NCBI GenBank assembly: GCA_052426225.1
Contig: JBNJNM010000011.1
Coordinates: 3,224,001 to 3,288,000, forward strand
Direction of reading: 5' to 3'
Length of the DNA stretch: 64,000 bases
Origin: Zancudomyces culisetae HAW-14-8
Taxonomy: Eukaryota; Fungi; Kickxellomycota
A model generated the notes under the pieces. That model made no database searches. It was not told the DNA's origin and was given only the letters and a program-made list of their open reading frames with translations. The position numbers and the translations under genes were made by a program. Shown piece by piece: positions 8,772 through 20,455 of the stretch (the first letter of the stretch is position 1; every line of letters begins with the position of its first letter).

Positions 8772-9605
8772 TATGTTTTTTATTTTTTTTACATTTAGCG
8801 TTTGTTTTTTTTTGATATATTAAATTGCACAGTAATGGCACAATCGGTTTGCTAGTGAATAAAGTAGTATTCGTAGCTGATTACAGACTCAATTAGTGTA
8901 CATCATAGGCAATCGTACAAAAAACTATATATTGGTAAAGTGCAAAAAAACAGTGATTGGTTAATATAACAGGAGAGGTCAGAAATGCTGGAAAAATTAG
9001 GCATTCTTACAAGTACATACTTCATAACTACAGAGTATTGCTATTATTATTTAACTATTATTAGAACAATATTTAAAGTCTATGGATGACAGAAGTTTCA
9101 TTGCGATCCGCGACCTGGGTATAATAATAACAGTTTCAGCTATTTACTTTGCTGAAAGTATGTATTGGGTTGAATATAGCACTCACAACATATTAATACC
9201 AGAAATCCCACTATTGGAGCTTTGCATGTATAATATTGTTTCTATGATTTTTAGGGTGCTTTAAAATTACTCATGAGCTAGCTGAAATCGGGTAATTCAA
9301 TTTTTGTGAGTGCCAGTTTCATTTAGTTAAACCTATTATTTTCATTGAATAAATTTATTATAGCTGCTTTACAAGTAATTATTTTACAGTGTGTAATGCA
9401 TATATGTTTATTCGCTACACGTTATAAATAAATAGTAATGGTAGTGGTATATGTGATAAGAGACATAAAAACCGTTGTCACATGATTTCAAGGTAGTTAC
9501 ATTTATGTTCACATATAATCTCAAAAGAATAAATGAGAAAGTGGCAGAATATACCAGGGGAAGTACTGCTCCAAAAAAGAACATTAACTATTTTTATATT
9601 TTATT

Positions 9606-9975
9606 ATATTACACTTTATTTTCTTTTTTGGCGTGATTGTTGGGTCAGCTTTGGCTAAACCAGTGAAAATGAAAATAAAAACACATATTAAAACGCATGT
9701 TGAGGATGGAGGTGGTGTGACATGACTGAAACTAGAGCCGTTTAAAGCGAATTGACTACAGCATACCTATGGGTTTGATAAAATCTCGTGATCCTTACGA
9801 TTTTTATCGTGATTCGTGGAAGATCACTACATTTTATTCTGGGTGAGTGTTCAAACCATTCATAAATGACTTTTTTCAACTTTAAGTGCGTGTTTCATAA
9901 CACAGAACGGGCGGAAAAACACCTTAATCTGTTTCATCTCGTGAGTTGAAAACGTGTACACTACATCTTTTGTAA
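9606..9975 (+). pseudogene. Possible decayed secreted-protein gene
   Basis: (ATA)LHFIFFFGVIVGSALA-KPVK... is signal-peptide-like with ATA in place of ATG. A shifted frame continues SRLKRIDYSIPMGLIKSRDPYDFYRDSWKITTFYSG* with several stops. Confidence 0.3.
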
Positions 9976-11046
9976 TGAACGTATTTGATCACACACTGAC
10001 AAATTATCGAAAAAAAACACGAATAAGGTTGAATATGTCACCTTAATGGTGAGCACAAAGGTTGTAAAGTAGTCGTGTTTGGTGAAGAATTTGAAAAAAT
10101 ATGTTTGTTTTTATGAGGCCTTTACATTTTGCTTTTATTTTTTGGTAGGGAGAGAGTAAGCTTAAAAATGATTTGTTTGTACCAAAATACACAGTCGATA
10201 CCCAAAAGAAAACAGATAAACAATAGAAACGGGAAAAGAAAAAAAAAGCTAAAAAGTGAAATTGGAAACGAACAGGAGGTACAACCGGTAATGTTGGGCA
10301 TACCAGTATCGATATTTGGTCGCTAAGCGCAATATCCCTGGTCCTATAATGGTATTTATACAATTGAGCTTCCTGTGCATTTCAATTTGTCCTCTCATGT
10401 TCTCCTTAAAAAATGGAAACTATCGTGAGTTTTAGAATCGAAAAAATCACCTGCACCAATTAGCTATTAATTTTTCTAATAGTTACTGTTATTACTACCA
10501 TTCCATGTACAACATTTTGCAATTAATGCGTGATAGGGCGGGAAAGTCAAAGTAGAGGCTGAGAAAAATCTACATAGCTTTTGCGGAAATAATGAGGTAT
10601 TTGCCTACGGTTTTATTTTCACCGAGTTTTTTTAACTTTTTATTTGTGTTAGCAAATGATAAGCTAATATAGCATTTGCTTTGTTTTTGGGAGATAGCAG
10701 GAATTATAAATGTATTAGCTAATACTATTCCTATTCAATTCTCATTTGCTGAATGCAATAAATTCCATCAGATGGATGAAGAAATAGTTCAAGGGGAGAG
10801 GGGTGAGAGAAACGGAAAAACAAAGTACAGTGCGTTTTATTAAAATGTCAACAAAAAAAAAAAGAAAAGAAAAAGCCGGTGGAACGAAGCTATAAATATT
10901 GAGGCCAAGATGCCCCTTTCTTTATTTTCCCACTTCATTTAATAGTTTCAAAGATAAATCTAGTTGAAATCTTAAAGTCAGTGATCATTAAACCTGAACA
11001 AAACGCACATTAAAGAAAAAAATATAAATATTCGTAAATAACAACA

Positions 11047-11730
11047 ATGGCAACAGAAGAATCAAAAGTTAAAGCCCAAGTCGAAGAAGTCACAAGCGGA
11101 CTAGATGTTGTTAGTATTAACCCAAGCAAAGCACCAGAAAAGATCTTGTCCTTGGAGCAGAGAAGATTGGTAGGTTTCTGTTTTGATAACTCAGAAACAG
11201 CAAACTATGCCTATTCCTGGTCGTTCAGACACGCACTTTTGCCATATCAAGACCACGTCTATCTTCTATGCTCCCTTGAGTCATCCTCAAACACAATGAG
11301 AGACAGTCTCAACAATGTCCGAACAGTGGACCCAGCAAAGATAATCGAAAGCCGCGCCGCCGAGATCAGCAAGGAGCTTCTTACAATCGGAATTACATCA
11401 CAGCTGATCATTTCTAGTGTCGAGCCAAAGAAATTCATTAGATCCTCAGTGGAGAGCCTTGGAATCCAAACCTTGATCATTGGTTCCCGTGGTAACAATG
11501 TTGTCAAGAGATTCGTGATGGGATCCGTATCTACTTATATCCTGAACAAGGTAGAGGTTCCTATTATCGTTATCAAGCTGCCCAAGAAGGGTGACAGAGG
11601 CTACGACGATTCTCAATTGGAGATTGTCAACACACGCGATTCACTTCGCTTGGTTAAAACCAAGTCAAAGGATGACAGAAACGTATCCTTTGGATTGGCT
11701 AGAACACGTACCCGTGATAGCAGCTTCTAA
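11047..11730 (+). CDS. Universal stress protein (USP) domain protein
   Basis: LIIGSRGNNVVKRFVMGSVSTYILNKVEVPIIVIK matches the USP C-terminal motif; N-terminal FDNSETANYAYSW; TATAAA upstream at ~10891. Confidence 0.9.
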   Translation: MATEESKVKAQVEEVTSGLDVVSINPSKAPEKILSLEQRRLVGFCFDNSETANYAYSWSFRHALLPYQDHVYLLCSLESSSNTMRDSLNNVRTVDPAKIIESRAAEISKELLTIGITSQLIISSVEPKKFIRSSVESLGIQTLIIGSRGNNVVKRFVMGSVSTYILNKVEVPIIVIKLPKKGDRGYDDSQLEIVNTRDSLRLVKTKSKDDRNVSFGLARTRTRDSSF

Positions 11731-11950
11731 TTAAATTCTTTTTTTTTAAATTTAGCATTCCGATATGCATATAACCTGTTTAATTCACAAATCCCTTTTG
11801 CTGCTTACTAGCATCTTGTTATAATTAGTTGTGGCTACTATTCCTCACCCATTAATAAATTTTCTTTTGTGAGGTAATGACCCTAATTTCGAGAGTACAC
11901 CTATTGGCTGGTCGATGTTTGGATGGATCATAGTATGCTGAACTTTGATG

Positions 11951-11968
11951 TGAAAAAAATTTTTTTTT
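11951..11968. promoter_or_regulatory. RRPE-like motif (TGAAAAAAATTTT)
   Basis: A-tract/T-tract palindrome resembling the yeast RRPE, ~170 bp upstream of the Utp16-like ORF. Confidence 0.45.
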
Positions 11969-12134
11969 ACGCAAAAAATTTGGAGGATTCCAGTTAAGAT
12001 GGGAATCACTTTGATGTAGCAATATAGATTTATTACGCAAAATAAAAAAGAATACCTCATAAACCATCAGCAAGATTTAACTCTACCTAAAAAAGGAAAA
12101 CGCAAATAAATACTCAAGGAACAAAGTAATCGCA

Positions 12135-12725
12135 ATGAAAAGAGATATAGAAAAGAAGGTAAGTGCGAAATCAGAAGATCATTCCGATATCGATGCAGAT
12201 GAGCCCGAGGTTATAGGCAAAAGGGGAGTTGAAGAGGCGCGCCTAAAAGCAATTGAATTAATAAAATCTAAAGGCGAAAGCAACAAAAAGATCAAATTGA
12301 AAAATAAACGGACCAAAACTGGTACTGAAGATACAGAGCATACAAATAAAGTGCGAGCCGGGAAGGAGAGTGACATGGGTAAAGCCAAAATCAAGAAATT
12401 GCCAGAAAATTTGAACAAAAAGCTAAAAACAGAAAAAAAAGACAAAGGAGTAAAAGTAGCAACCGATAAAAGCGCTGGAGGGCGAAAACCACAAGATATT
12501 AATTTGGCTCTGATAAACAGCAAGAGGAAATATAGAGATAATGAAAATGGTAGTGGGAAAATGCGCGAGCGGATTGTCGGCGGTAAATTTAGGGTGACAA
12601 CACTAGAGGCCAACAATGATATTATCGATGGCAAGATCAGAGGCCAAGAGCTAAGTAGCGGGATAAGAGATTCCAGCTGTTTTGAAGAACGGGTGACAAG
12701 ATCATTGAAAAGAAAAAAGTACTAA
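12135..12725 (+). CDS. Lys-rich probable nucleolar protein, Utp16/Bud21(NOL7)-like
   Basis: Acidic SDIDADEPEVI, then a basic coiled region, KKLPENL, FRVTTL and a basic tail. The family call is by pattern only. Confidence 0.55.
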   Translation: MKRDIEKKVSAKSEDHSDIDADEPEVIGKRGVEEARLKAIELIKSKGESNKKIKLKNKRTKTGTEDTEHTNKVRAGKESDMGKAKIKKLPENLNKKLKTEKKDKGVKVATDKSAGGRKPQDINLALINSKRKYRDNENGSGKMRERIVGGKFRVTTLEANNDIIDGKIRGQELSSGIRDSSCFEERVTRSLKRKKY

Positions 12726-12924
12726 ATATTATTTTCATGAGTTGAACAATTTAGTAGACAAATATTAAGTATATAGTTTATGTTGTATAGCAAACAATTT
12801 GTTGGATTTTAGAAAAGACACCGTAGATAGAATGTTTATTATATGGTATAGTGTGGTCTGTGATGTTTAAGGACAGGTAAATAAATTAATGTAAAATATT
12901 CAAGGTATCAAGCTAACAAAGAAA

Positions 12925-14566
12925 TTAGTCCGAACCATAACCACCAGAATTAACATATACAAAGGGATCGCGAATGGTTTGTTGAGTGTTATCTTCAGAA
13001 GACTCTATTGGTGGTGAATAGTTGAATGCAGACTGTATAGAAGCATTGCTAGAGAGATCGAGTACTAGTAGTGAATTCTGATCACCACCAACAGCAATCT
13101 CAAAGTATGGCGAATCAGGGCAAAACTTGGCAGAAAAGATGGCACCTACAGTAGAAGAGAAGTGGTCCGAGTCAGATTTAGCAACAAGTGTGTGAGTCGA
13201 AGTATTCCAAATTTTGAGGGATTTATCAACTGAAGCAGTCAGCAGACAGTTTGGAATGGTTGGATGAACATCTAAGGCAGTACATCCGGATTTATGCGCG
13301 TCAATAGTAAATTTGGGCGAGGTTGCTGCTGATGTTGAAGATGAAGACAAGGTACGAATGTCATAGCAGTGTACAACACCAGACTCAAAGCTTGCGTAAA
13401 AGCTAGAAGGATTATGAATGTCCCATAGCAATGTCTCGACATCGCCAAGATTCTTTGCAAATTTTATGACTGCACTAGACATGCTAGCTCTAGAATCACA
13501 AATAGCGATGGTCTTGTCGTAACTGGCAGTTAGTAGAATGGATGATTCTACGGGGTGCCATTTCACGCATTGGACTTTGTCCTTGTGATGGGTGAGTCTG
13601 GACACCAAATTTCCTGAAGCACTTGATGAGGAATGGAGATCCCAGATTCGTACCAACGCATCGGATGATCCACTGGCTAAAAGATTCATAACATTGGTAT
13701 TCCAAGATAGCGACATTGTATCAGCTGTAGTCGAACCAACTTTATAATTTGGATCAATCAGTGAAAGCACTGGTGCATAGTTATAGGAATCGATTACATT
13801 CAAGTCCCAAATATTAACATCGTAGGGTTGTGTGTATGGCTGTTCGTGGTGGGTCATACTGTATTTGTTGGTGGCATCAGCGCTGTTGGGATCAAGTAGT
13901 GGTGACCCGAATGTCCCAACCGCCAATAAATTTCCCAGCTGACTATTAGTTAGCCATTCTAGACATAGCGGATATGCATCCACAAAAAAGTCATGATGTA
14001 CATATAAATTCTGTTCACTGCTTTCGTATACACATACCTCAATTGTGCTGACCTCCTCAGCATCAGCTTTAGCTACTACCAAAAGATTATCAGTTGGGAG
14101 GATTTTTAGCTGCTCTATTTCTTCGAGTTCATCCTCCAAATCATCTTCGTCGTTGTCGTTGTCCAAATTATTCTCAATATGGTCCATGTCCAAATCTTCT
14201 TGTGAATTTGTGAATATTGTGGGATAATCGGGTTCATTGTCATAATTTTCCATATCAAATTCGTCAATTTCACTATTTTTATAGAAGAGGGGCGGGGCAT
14301 GAGTATAAGCATAAGAAAATAATCATAAAAATATTTGGATACATAATTGGATAAAATAAGGTGTAAGAAAGGCGGTGTGACACTTACCCATTGTCAGCAT
14401 TGATACGCGCAGTAGAATCCAAGCCTTGGTTTTCCTTATTTTGCTCTTCGCTATCTTCTGGTGCAGCTAATGGGTTGTATTCTCCAGATTCGTACAAATC
14501 CACGACATTTTGAATTGGATTTTCCAGGGCTATCCCCTTTCTTATCCAAGTAAGACTAGAAATCAT
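12925..14566 (-). CDS. PWP1: Periodic tryptophan protein 1 (WD40, rRNA processing); 2 exons, intron 14273-14387
   Basis: MISSLTWIRKG start; EFDMENYD; NLYVHHDFFVDAYPLCLEW; WD repeats; a GTAAGT...TAG intron joins the frames. Confidence 0.93.
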
Positions 14567-14794
14567 TTCTCAACTTTAGTGAAATAAAAGTATAGTAATA
14601 TATTTACAAAAAGTAAAGTGTGGTATGTTTAAACCAAATCTATCAAGTTCGATACCTTGTTTTTAAGGTTTAGTTAAATATATCGCAAAATACTAAATCG
14701 ATTCCTGCTAGGTTTTTCACTTCATCTGTGAAAAAAAAAAAAATGAAATCGAAAAAAAAAATTTAGGGAAGACTAAAGCGAATCGCCTTAGTGT

Positions 14795-14814
14795 AAAAAA
14801 ATTTTTTTTTTTTT
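14795..14814. promoter_or_regulatory. RRPE-like A/T palindrome in the divergent PWP1/RRP40 promoter
   Basis: AAAAAAATTTTTTT, plus further TGAAAAAA tracts at 14729-14764. Confidence 0.4.
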
Positions 14815-15009
14815 GCCGACAGAGTTGACACTAATTTCAAGCCAACGAGAGATCACAATTTTTGCCTGAAAATGCTTAGTTGTTTACAAATATTTAGGCG
14901 GCTTGGTTGCTTTGTATAATTTAAGGATTTAAAAAGCCCAAATACATACACATTGTTCTAGCAAAAGGGAATAAAAAAAAACGACTATTACACGGAAGCA
15001 AACAGAAAC

Positions 15010-15831
15010 ATGCAAGTCGAAAAGTATACAACGCCAGGAGACGTGTTAGATCTAGAGGCCATTGTCTCCAAACTTTCAAGCGAAGAGGCAAAAGACGGGG
15101 ATGCAAAAATGATGGATGAGGAAGAAGTGCAGGAACAGGATGAAGAACTCACAGTAGTTTTGGGACCGGGGTTGGTTCATATAAACGATGTAGTCAAAAG
15201 TACAACGGTAGGGCAATTGGAAACAAGGACCACAACCACTGTAGTGGCTACAGGGAAGGACACTAGTAAAAGCAGCAAAATAGTGACAGTGAATGTAGCA
15301 AGGCCACAGGTAATCTACACACCAACAAACAACGACTTGGTAATTGGAATGATCAAGCACAGACAGTCCGATAGTTCCACAGTAGGTGGTGGCATCAGCG
15401 CACAGCAGTACTATGTGGTAGATCTAGGGCCCTTTTCTTCCTCACCAACAGTATTGTTAAACTGTATAAGCTTCAACAATGCAACAAAACGCAACAAACC
15501 GGATTTGAAGAATGGAAGTTTGGTGTACGGGAAAATTCAGTCAGTTACTGATGATAGTAATATAGAAATGACGTGTGTTAGTAGCGATGGGTTGCTGGGA
15601 GAACTAAAAGAAGGCTGTTTGTTCAAAAGCTCAATAAATCAATGCAACTATCTACTAAAACAACTAAACACAACAAACAGCAAACTCGATAAATTAGCAC
15701 GAAAATATAGTAACGGTAAGAATGGTGGCGGTAGCTTTGAAGTAGTAGTTGGAGTTAATGGCTATGTGTGGATCAACAGTAGCAGTGAAAATATGGCGCA
15801 TGTGGTGGAGATTGCTAGTCAAATTCTTTAA
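15010..15831 (+). CDS. RRP40: Exosome cap subunit Rrp40
   Basis: LGPGL; YTPTNNDLVIG; FNNATKRNKPDLKNGSLVY; LGELKEG; FEVVVGVNGYVWI (S1 plus KH). Confidence 0.93.
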   Translation: MQVEKYTTPGDVLDLEAIVSKLSSEEAKDGDAKMMDEEEVQEQDEELTVVLGPGLVHINDVVKSTTVGQLETRTTTTVVATGKDTSKSSKIVTVNVARPQVIYTPTNNDLVIGMIKHRQSDSSTVGGGISAQQYYVVDLGPFSSSPTVLLNCISFNNATKRNKPDLKNGSLVYGKIQSVTDDSNIEMTCVSSDGLLGELKEGCLFKSSINQCNYLLKQLNTTNSKLDKLARKYSNGKNGGGSFEVVVGVNGYVWINSSSENMAHVVEIASQIL

Positions 15832-18800
15832 ACGATTCCAAAATATCAGAGTACAAACTTGAAGGATCGAGCAGACCTAGATCTAAGCACAACCTGGAGA
15901 GTATTGAGTAATCAAAGGACTGCAAACAGTTTAAAATAAAGTCAGCGTCAACAGTAAATCGTTTGTTGTCGGTAAAGCGAAAGGCAATCGGGTTGAGGTT
16001 GGCGACGATGGAATGGGATTTGATTTTCGAGGTGAGCAGATTAAGGTATACAGCGTCAAGTTTTTTAAAGGTACTGAGATTAACCAAGGGTGTAATAATG
16101 CTGAATGAGCCATGGACATGGTTATTCACAACACAATACTCCTTGATAATATTGCTGGTATTGGTATTGGTATTGGTATTAGTTTTAGTTTTGTTTGTAG
16201 CGTTTTTAGATGATAAGCGCTTGTCGTATTTAGAAATGATTCGTTTCAGATTTTTGCAATCATGTAAATTAAATGAATTCAAAAGAACTAGTTTGTTGTT
16301 GGGAAAGAGTTTCGGGGTTGTGTATATACATATGGACAACTGGTTAGAGTGAGTAAAAAGAAACATCAGTTTGTTATTGTTGTATACCAAAAACTCACAG
16401 CTATTGATGGTGGTTGAGCCCGAGTTTGAAGCTGAAGTGGACAGCGAAGGCAAAGTGGTGGGCGAAGTCAAATATTTCGACAGCAAAACCAGCTTGGAAA
16501 TTGGCTCTTCTTGGTAAGCCAGCAAATAAATTCCACCCAGCAAATAATCGCTCAAGAGTAGATAGTTTTTTATGGTGGAGATATGACTGCAATAACCGCA
16601 TCCAACCAAATCCATAAACGCTACACTTGTCAGGTAGCCTTGAGTGTCGTTGTATGATCGCAAGTACATCTTGTTCCCACCAACAACCACCACCAACAGG
16701 TTGTTCAGTTCAGCTAGACATGACACACCACCTCGCATCTCCTCTCGAGTCAGTAATTTGAGCTTCTTGTTTATATACGGCTTATCTATCTGTGGCACGA
16801 TATCAACAATATCAAAGATGTAGATGTAGCCTTTCGATGCCAGATCTTCACCATTCACCAGCGTAGTCCCTATCACTACAAATTCTTTGACTTGTGAATC
16901 TGTCTGTTGAGATTCAAGATACATCGTTTTGATACTTGTTATGCACTCGCTGACTTCAAACTTGTCATACTCGTCTATTACTTCGTAGCCATTCTTATTT
17001 TCTTCAACATTATTGATTTCACTCCCATTTTCACTCCCATTTTCCTTTTCATTTCTGCCAACACCATCAATGTTGTTCAATGACGATGGTGTTGAAAATG
17101 TCAACAACAGTAAAGAATTTTTATCGGTCAATGGCGGGTTGCTTGTTGTGATTACTGGCTCGTTATCGTCATCCTTACCATTTAGCTGGGTTGAATTCTC
17201 GGCCTGTTGTTGTTGTTGTTGTTGTTGTTGATTGTGTTTTTGTAGATAAAATGGTACGGATTTCTCGTTAATCACTAGCATCGAGTTTTTGGTTTTGTGG
17301 AAAACCATTTTATTAATGTACTGTTTAGACTTACTGATCTTCATTGCAACTTGTGTTTCCAAATCATACTTCTCAAAGTATTCATTAAAATTAAGCCTGA
17401 CAACACTATATTCACTAGCAGTAACACCAGCAAAGCCACTATATTTCAAAATACAATCAACAATCATACTGTTTGCATCGAGCCCAACTACATCCACTAC
17501 CCTACTATCAAGTTGTTGGTTTTTTAAAAGTTGGCTTTGGTTTTGAGTCCGAGATTGAGACTGAGATTGAGATTGAGATTGGGTCTCGTTTTCAGTTGAG
17601 CCTAGGATTAAATCCAAGTGCTCAGTCGATATCCGGATGGAAAATATTCTCAAATATTTTCGCTCTCCCATAACCAACATAACTGGTGTTTTTAACGCCT
17701 CTCCTACTATTATCAAGCCCTTATATTTATTTTTGTATTCATAATAAAATGTTTTTATTTGTTGACTACCGATATCAGTAATCCCATCAACCCCAGTACC
17801 TACACCCCCTACCGCAATACCAGCACCAACATCATTGTCGTCACGAGCGTGTTCCATATCACTTGCAGCATTATTACTGGTGTTTCCACTTCTTATACCA
17901 TCAGTGTTTGTGTATTTGAATAAATTGTGTGGAATTTTTTTAAATCTTAGTTGGTTTTTGTAACTGTATTGCTTATACACTAGGATTTGAGTGTCTTGAT
18001 AAATCACAACCATGTAATACACATCATCAAACTTGTACATTCTGCATTGAACTATCTTGTTTCCTTTACTATTATCGGTGGTAATCTTCTTGTTGATGAT
18101 TATGTTTGGCATCAAATCCAACCTGCTTGCACTCATAAGCACAGGATATATACCACTACTATTACTAACACCAGCTCCAGCCCGGGCTCCAATTTCAGCA
18201 CCCTCTAAGCCATTTTGACTTTGGCTTACTGAATCTCGGCCACCATTGGTATCGTTATTATTGATATCATACACTATTAGATTGCTATCTACATCAATAA
18301 CCCCCCAATACACCCCATCCCCCGTATTGTTTTCACAAAAAAATGTGTCTATCCCCTGCTGCACTTCTTTTAACTCTATAATTCTCATTGCAGGCATTAG
18401 CTTAATAAGTTTGACGTTGTTGTCATTTAGCCGTATTGCTAGATACCCGTTTCGCTCTTCCACTTGAACTACCTTGTTTATATCCTGGATTTCAATGGTT
18501 TTAATGTCGTTCAAGTACAGTACTTTATGTGTATTGCCTCTATCATCGTTACCCTGACCCGTTTCGGCGGCACTGTTTCCAGCTTTGCTGTCATCAGTGA
18601 CTTTCTTAACCAATATTACCTCTGTTTCGGTAACCTGCACTATATACTCTTCATATTCCTTAATAAATTTAGTCTTGCATCTGGTCTTAATATCCATACC
18701 TTGGCTGCTAGTATTGGGCTTGGCAAGCACAATGGTATCATTCTCGTTACTCATAATAACACTGTTGCCATTATCCAATTTCCACACTCCTTGCACCCTT

Positions 18801-20455
18801 TCTATTACATTTCCCTTATCACCCTCTCTACTTTTGGTTTTGTTTTTATTAGCAGTACCCGTTTTATTAACATATGCCTCATACTTGTTTACCGATATTT
18901 TGGGTCTCACCAACTTGTCCACAGTGATGATTGCCGACTGTGGCTTTAGTCCTGATACTGTTATAATTTCGACGTCTTGGCTATTCTCTACCTGCCTTAC
19001 TTCATACGAATTTGTAATTCCATAGCTGTTAATTCTATCCAGAATATTTATCCCGTAATCACCTGTTTCTTGTCCTACCTCAATCACTATTGATTGCCCA
19101 CCCTGTGTTCCCACAAATACTATTTCTTCGCTTATTTTGCTAATTGTCGATACAACCATGCCTAATTCACTAGCCTCCACCTTATGTACCCATATCCTCT
19201 CTATTCCTCTGGAGTTTCCCTGCAGCTTTATATCATAGCACTCGCCCTCTTGATTCCAAAGCAACATCCTTGCTCCACCTTCTAACATCACTACCTCTAC
19301 TTGATTCATGTTGATTCCATCCATCTCCTGTCTGTTTCTACCCCCACCCCCACCTCCACCACCAACTCCTCTTCTTTTTACCCGTCTATTGCCACCTATT
19401 CCCCCGTCAAACCCCATATCTTCTTCGTTCTGGTCCTCTCCCACCTTATACAATCCACTCGTGATACAGCTATATGTAACCGCTCCATAATTCACATGGC
19501 TTATCCACATACTTCCGATCACCAACATACCTCCTATTTGCCGGTCCATTGGCACCACTTTGTACGCATCATATCTTACTTTCTCTACCCTATATATTTT
19601 TGTCAGTTTACCCCCCTCCAAATCTATCGACATTACCACCAACTTGCAGCTATTGATTCCTGTTTGCTTTAGATTTCCTGCCCATGTCTTGCTTTTGTTG
19701 GGTTCATACAATATGGCCACTGTAGGTTCGTTATATCCTTTCAAAAACTCAAAGTCTCGTATGTTTTCTATACCATATTCCTCGTACATATCAATCACCA
19801 TACTGGCGGTATATTTTCTATTCTTCTCCCTTTTTTTTCTCTTCCGTCTTTTATGTTTCTGGCTATCTTCATGATTTGACTCTTCAATTTCATGCATAAA
19901 ATCCTGTTCCATCTCAAATTCCTCGTTATTATCTTTATATGTACTTTTCCCCATGGGTAATATTGCCATATATCCGCAATTCACCTCCATAATCATGCAT
20001 CTTTCCTCTTTCCTAATCCGCCCCGAATTCTGCCGGTTGCTTTCTTGTCGCTGATACCTTTCCTGTTCATAATAATGTATAGATTTAGTTACTATTTCTT
20101 GTGTTTCTTCCTCAAATTCTATTATCGACATTTTTGCCTCTTCAAAGCTTATGGCCAATCTATCCCTTTCGCCACTACTCTCTTTCACTCTTTGAACACC
20201 TTTTTCACGATCAAGTTGTCTTTCTTTTAGCTCCTTTGACTTGCCTCCTTCTATTACAGCCAATCCTCTCACTATCCCGTGTAATCGCCACTCTCTTAAT
20301 AGTACCAGTTTTCTGTTTGTTTCATCAAATTCGAACACTTCCAACATTGTTCCACGTACCAACACAAGCTGTACGGCTTCAGTCCTTGTAAATCTACAAG
20401 TAACACTGAAATCCACTGAGCTTGGTGGAACTATTTCCTTACAGTATGTATACAT
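15815..20455 (-). CDS. CFT1: Cleavage and polyadenylation specificity factor 160 kDa subunit
   Basis: EAKMSIIEF...TKSIHYYE; FLKGYNEPTVAILYEP...TWAG; GEDLASKGYIYIFDIVDIVP; ANLNPIAFR. First ATG at 20455 (MYTYCKEIVPPS). Contains low-complexity inserts (polyQ, QS and NT repeats). Confidence 0.93.
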   Translation of the reverse strand: MYTYCKEIVPPSSVDFSVTCRFTRTEAVQLVLVRGTMLEVFEFDETNRKLVLLREWRLHGIVRGLAVIEGGKSKELKERQLDREKGVQRVKESSGERDRLAISFEEAKMSIIEFEEETQEIVTKSIHYYEQERYQRQESNRQNSGRIRKEERCMIMEVNCGYMAILPMGKSTYKDNNEEFEMEQDFMHEIEESNHEDSQKHKRRKRKKREKNRKYTASMVIDMYEEYGIENIRDFEFLKGYNEPTVAILYEPNKSKTWAGNLKQTGINSCKLVVMSIDLEGGKLTKIYRVEKVRYDAYKVVPMDRQIGGMLVIGSMWISHVNYGAVTYSCITSGLYKVGEDQNEEDMGFDGGIGGNRRVKRRGVGGGGGGGGRNRQEMDGINMNQVEVVMLEGGARMLLWNQEGECYDIKLQGNSRGIERIWVHKVEASELGMVVSTISKISEEIVFVGTQGGQSIVIEVGQETGDYGINILDRINSYGITNSYEVRQVENSQDVEIITVSGLKPQSAIITVDKLVRPKISVNKYEAYVNKTGTANKNKTKSREGDKGNVIERVQGVWKLDNGNSVIMSNENDTIVLAKPNTSSQGMDIKTRCKTKFIKEYEEYIVQVTETEVILVKKVTDDSKAGNSAAETGQGNDDRGNTHKVLYLNDIKTIEIQDINKVVQVEERNGYLAIRLNDNNVKLIKLMPAMRIIELKEVQQGIDTFFCENNTGDGVYWGVIDVDSNLIVYDINNNDTNGGRDSVSQSQNGLEGAEIGARAGAGVSNSSGIYPVLMSASRLDLMPNIIINKKITTDNSKGNKIVQCRMYKFDDVYYMVVIYQDTQILVYKQYSYKNQLRFKKIPHNLFKYTNTDGIRSGNTSNNAASDMEHARDDNDVGAGIAVGGVGTGVDGITDIGSQQIKTFYYEYKNKYKGLIIVGEALKTPVMLVMGERKYLRIFSIRISTEHLDLILGSTENETQSQSQSQSQSRTQNQSQLLKNQQLDSRVVDVVGLDANSMIVDCILKYSGFAGVTASEYSVVRLNFNEYFEKYDLETQVAMKISKSKQYINKMVFHKTKNSMLVINEKSVPFYLQKHNQQQQQQQQQAENSTQLNGKDDDNEPVITTSNPPLTDKNSLLLLTFSTPSSLNNIDGVGRNEKENGSENGSEINNVEENKNGYEVIDEYDKFEVSECITSIKTMYLESQQTDSQVKEFVVIGTTLVNGEDLASKGYIYIFDIVDIVPQIDKPYINKKLKLLTREEMRGGVSCLAELNNLLVVVVGGNKMYLRSYNDTQGYLTSVAFMDLVGCGYCSHISTIKNYLLLSDYLLGGIYLLAYQEEPISKLVLLSKYLTSPTTLPSLSTSASNSGSTTINSCEFLVYNNNKLMFLFTHSNQLSICIYTTPKLFPNNKLVLLNSFNLHDCKNLKRIISKYDKRLSSKNATNKTKTNTNTNTNTSNIIKEYCVVNNHVHGSFSIITPLVNLSTFKKLDAVYLNLLTSKIKSHSIVANLNPIAFRFTDNKRFTVDADFILNCLQSFDYSILSRLCLDLGLLDPSSLYSDILESFKEFD

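Noticed and set aside
8630-8815. 61-aa ORF across the tRNA
   Set aside because: It is a translation of the tRNA gene and flanks.
9720-9945. Frame with six TGA stops suggesting TGA recoding
   Set aside because: The TGAs mostly arise from T|GAy junctions of a more protein-like shifted frame. TGA is also the apparent stop of at least one intact gene here (YME1).
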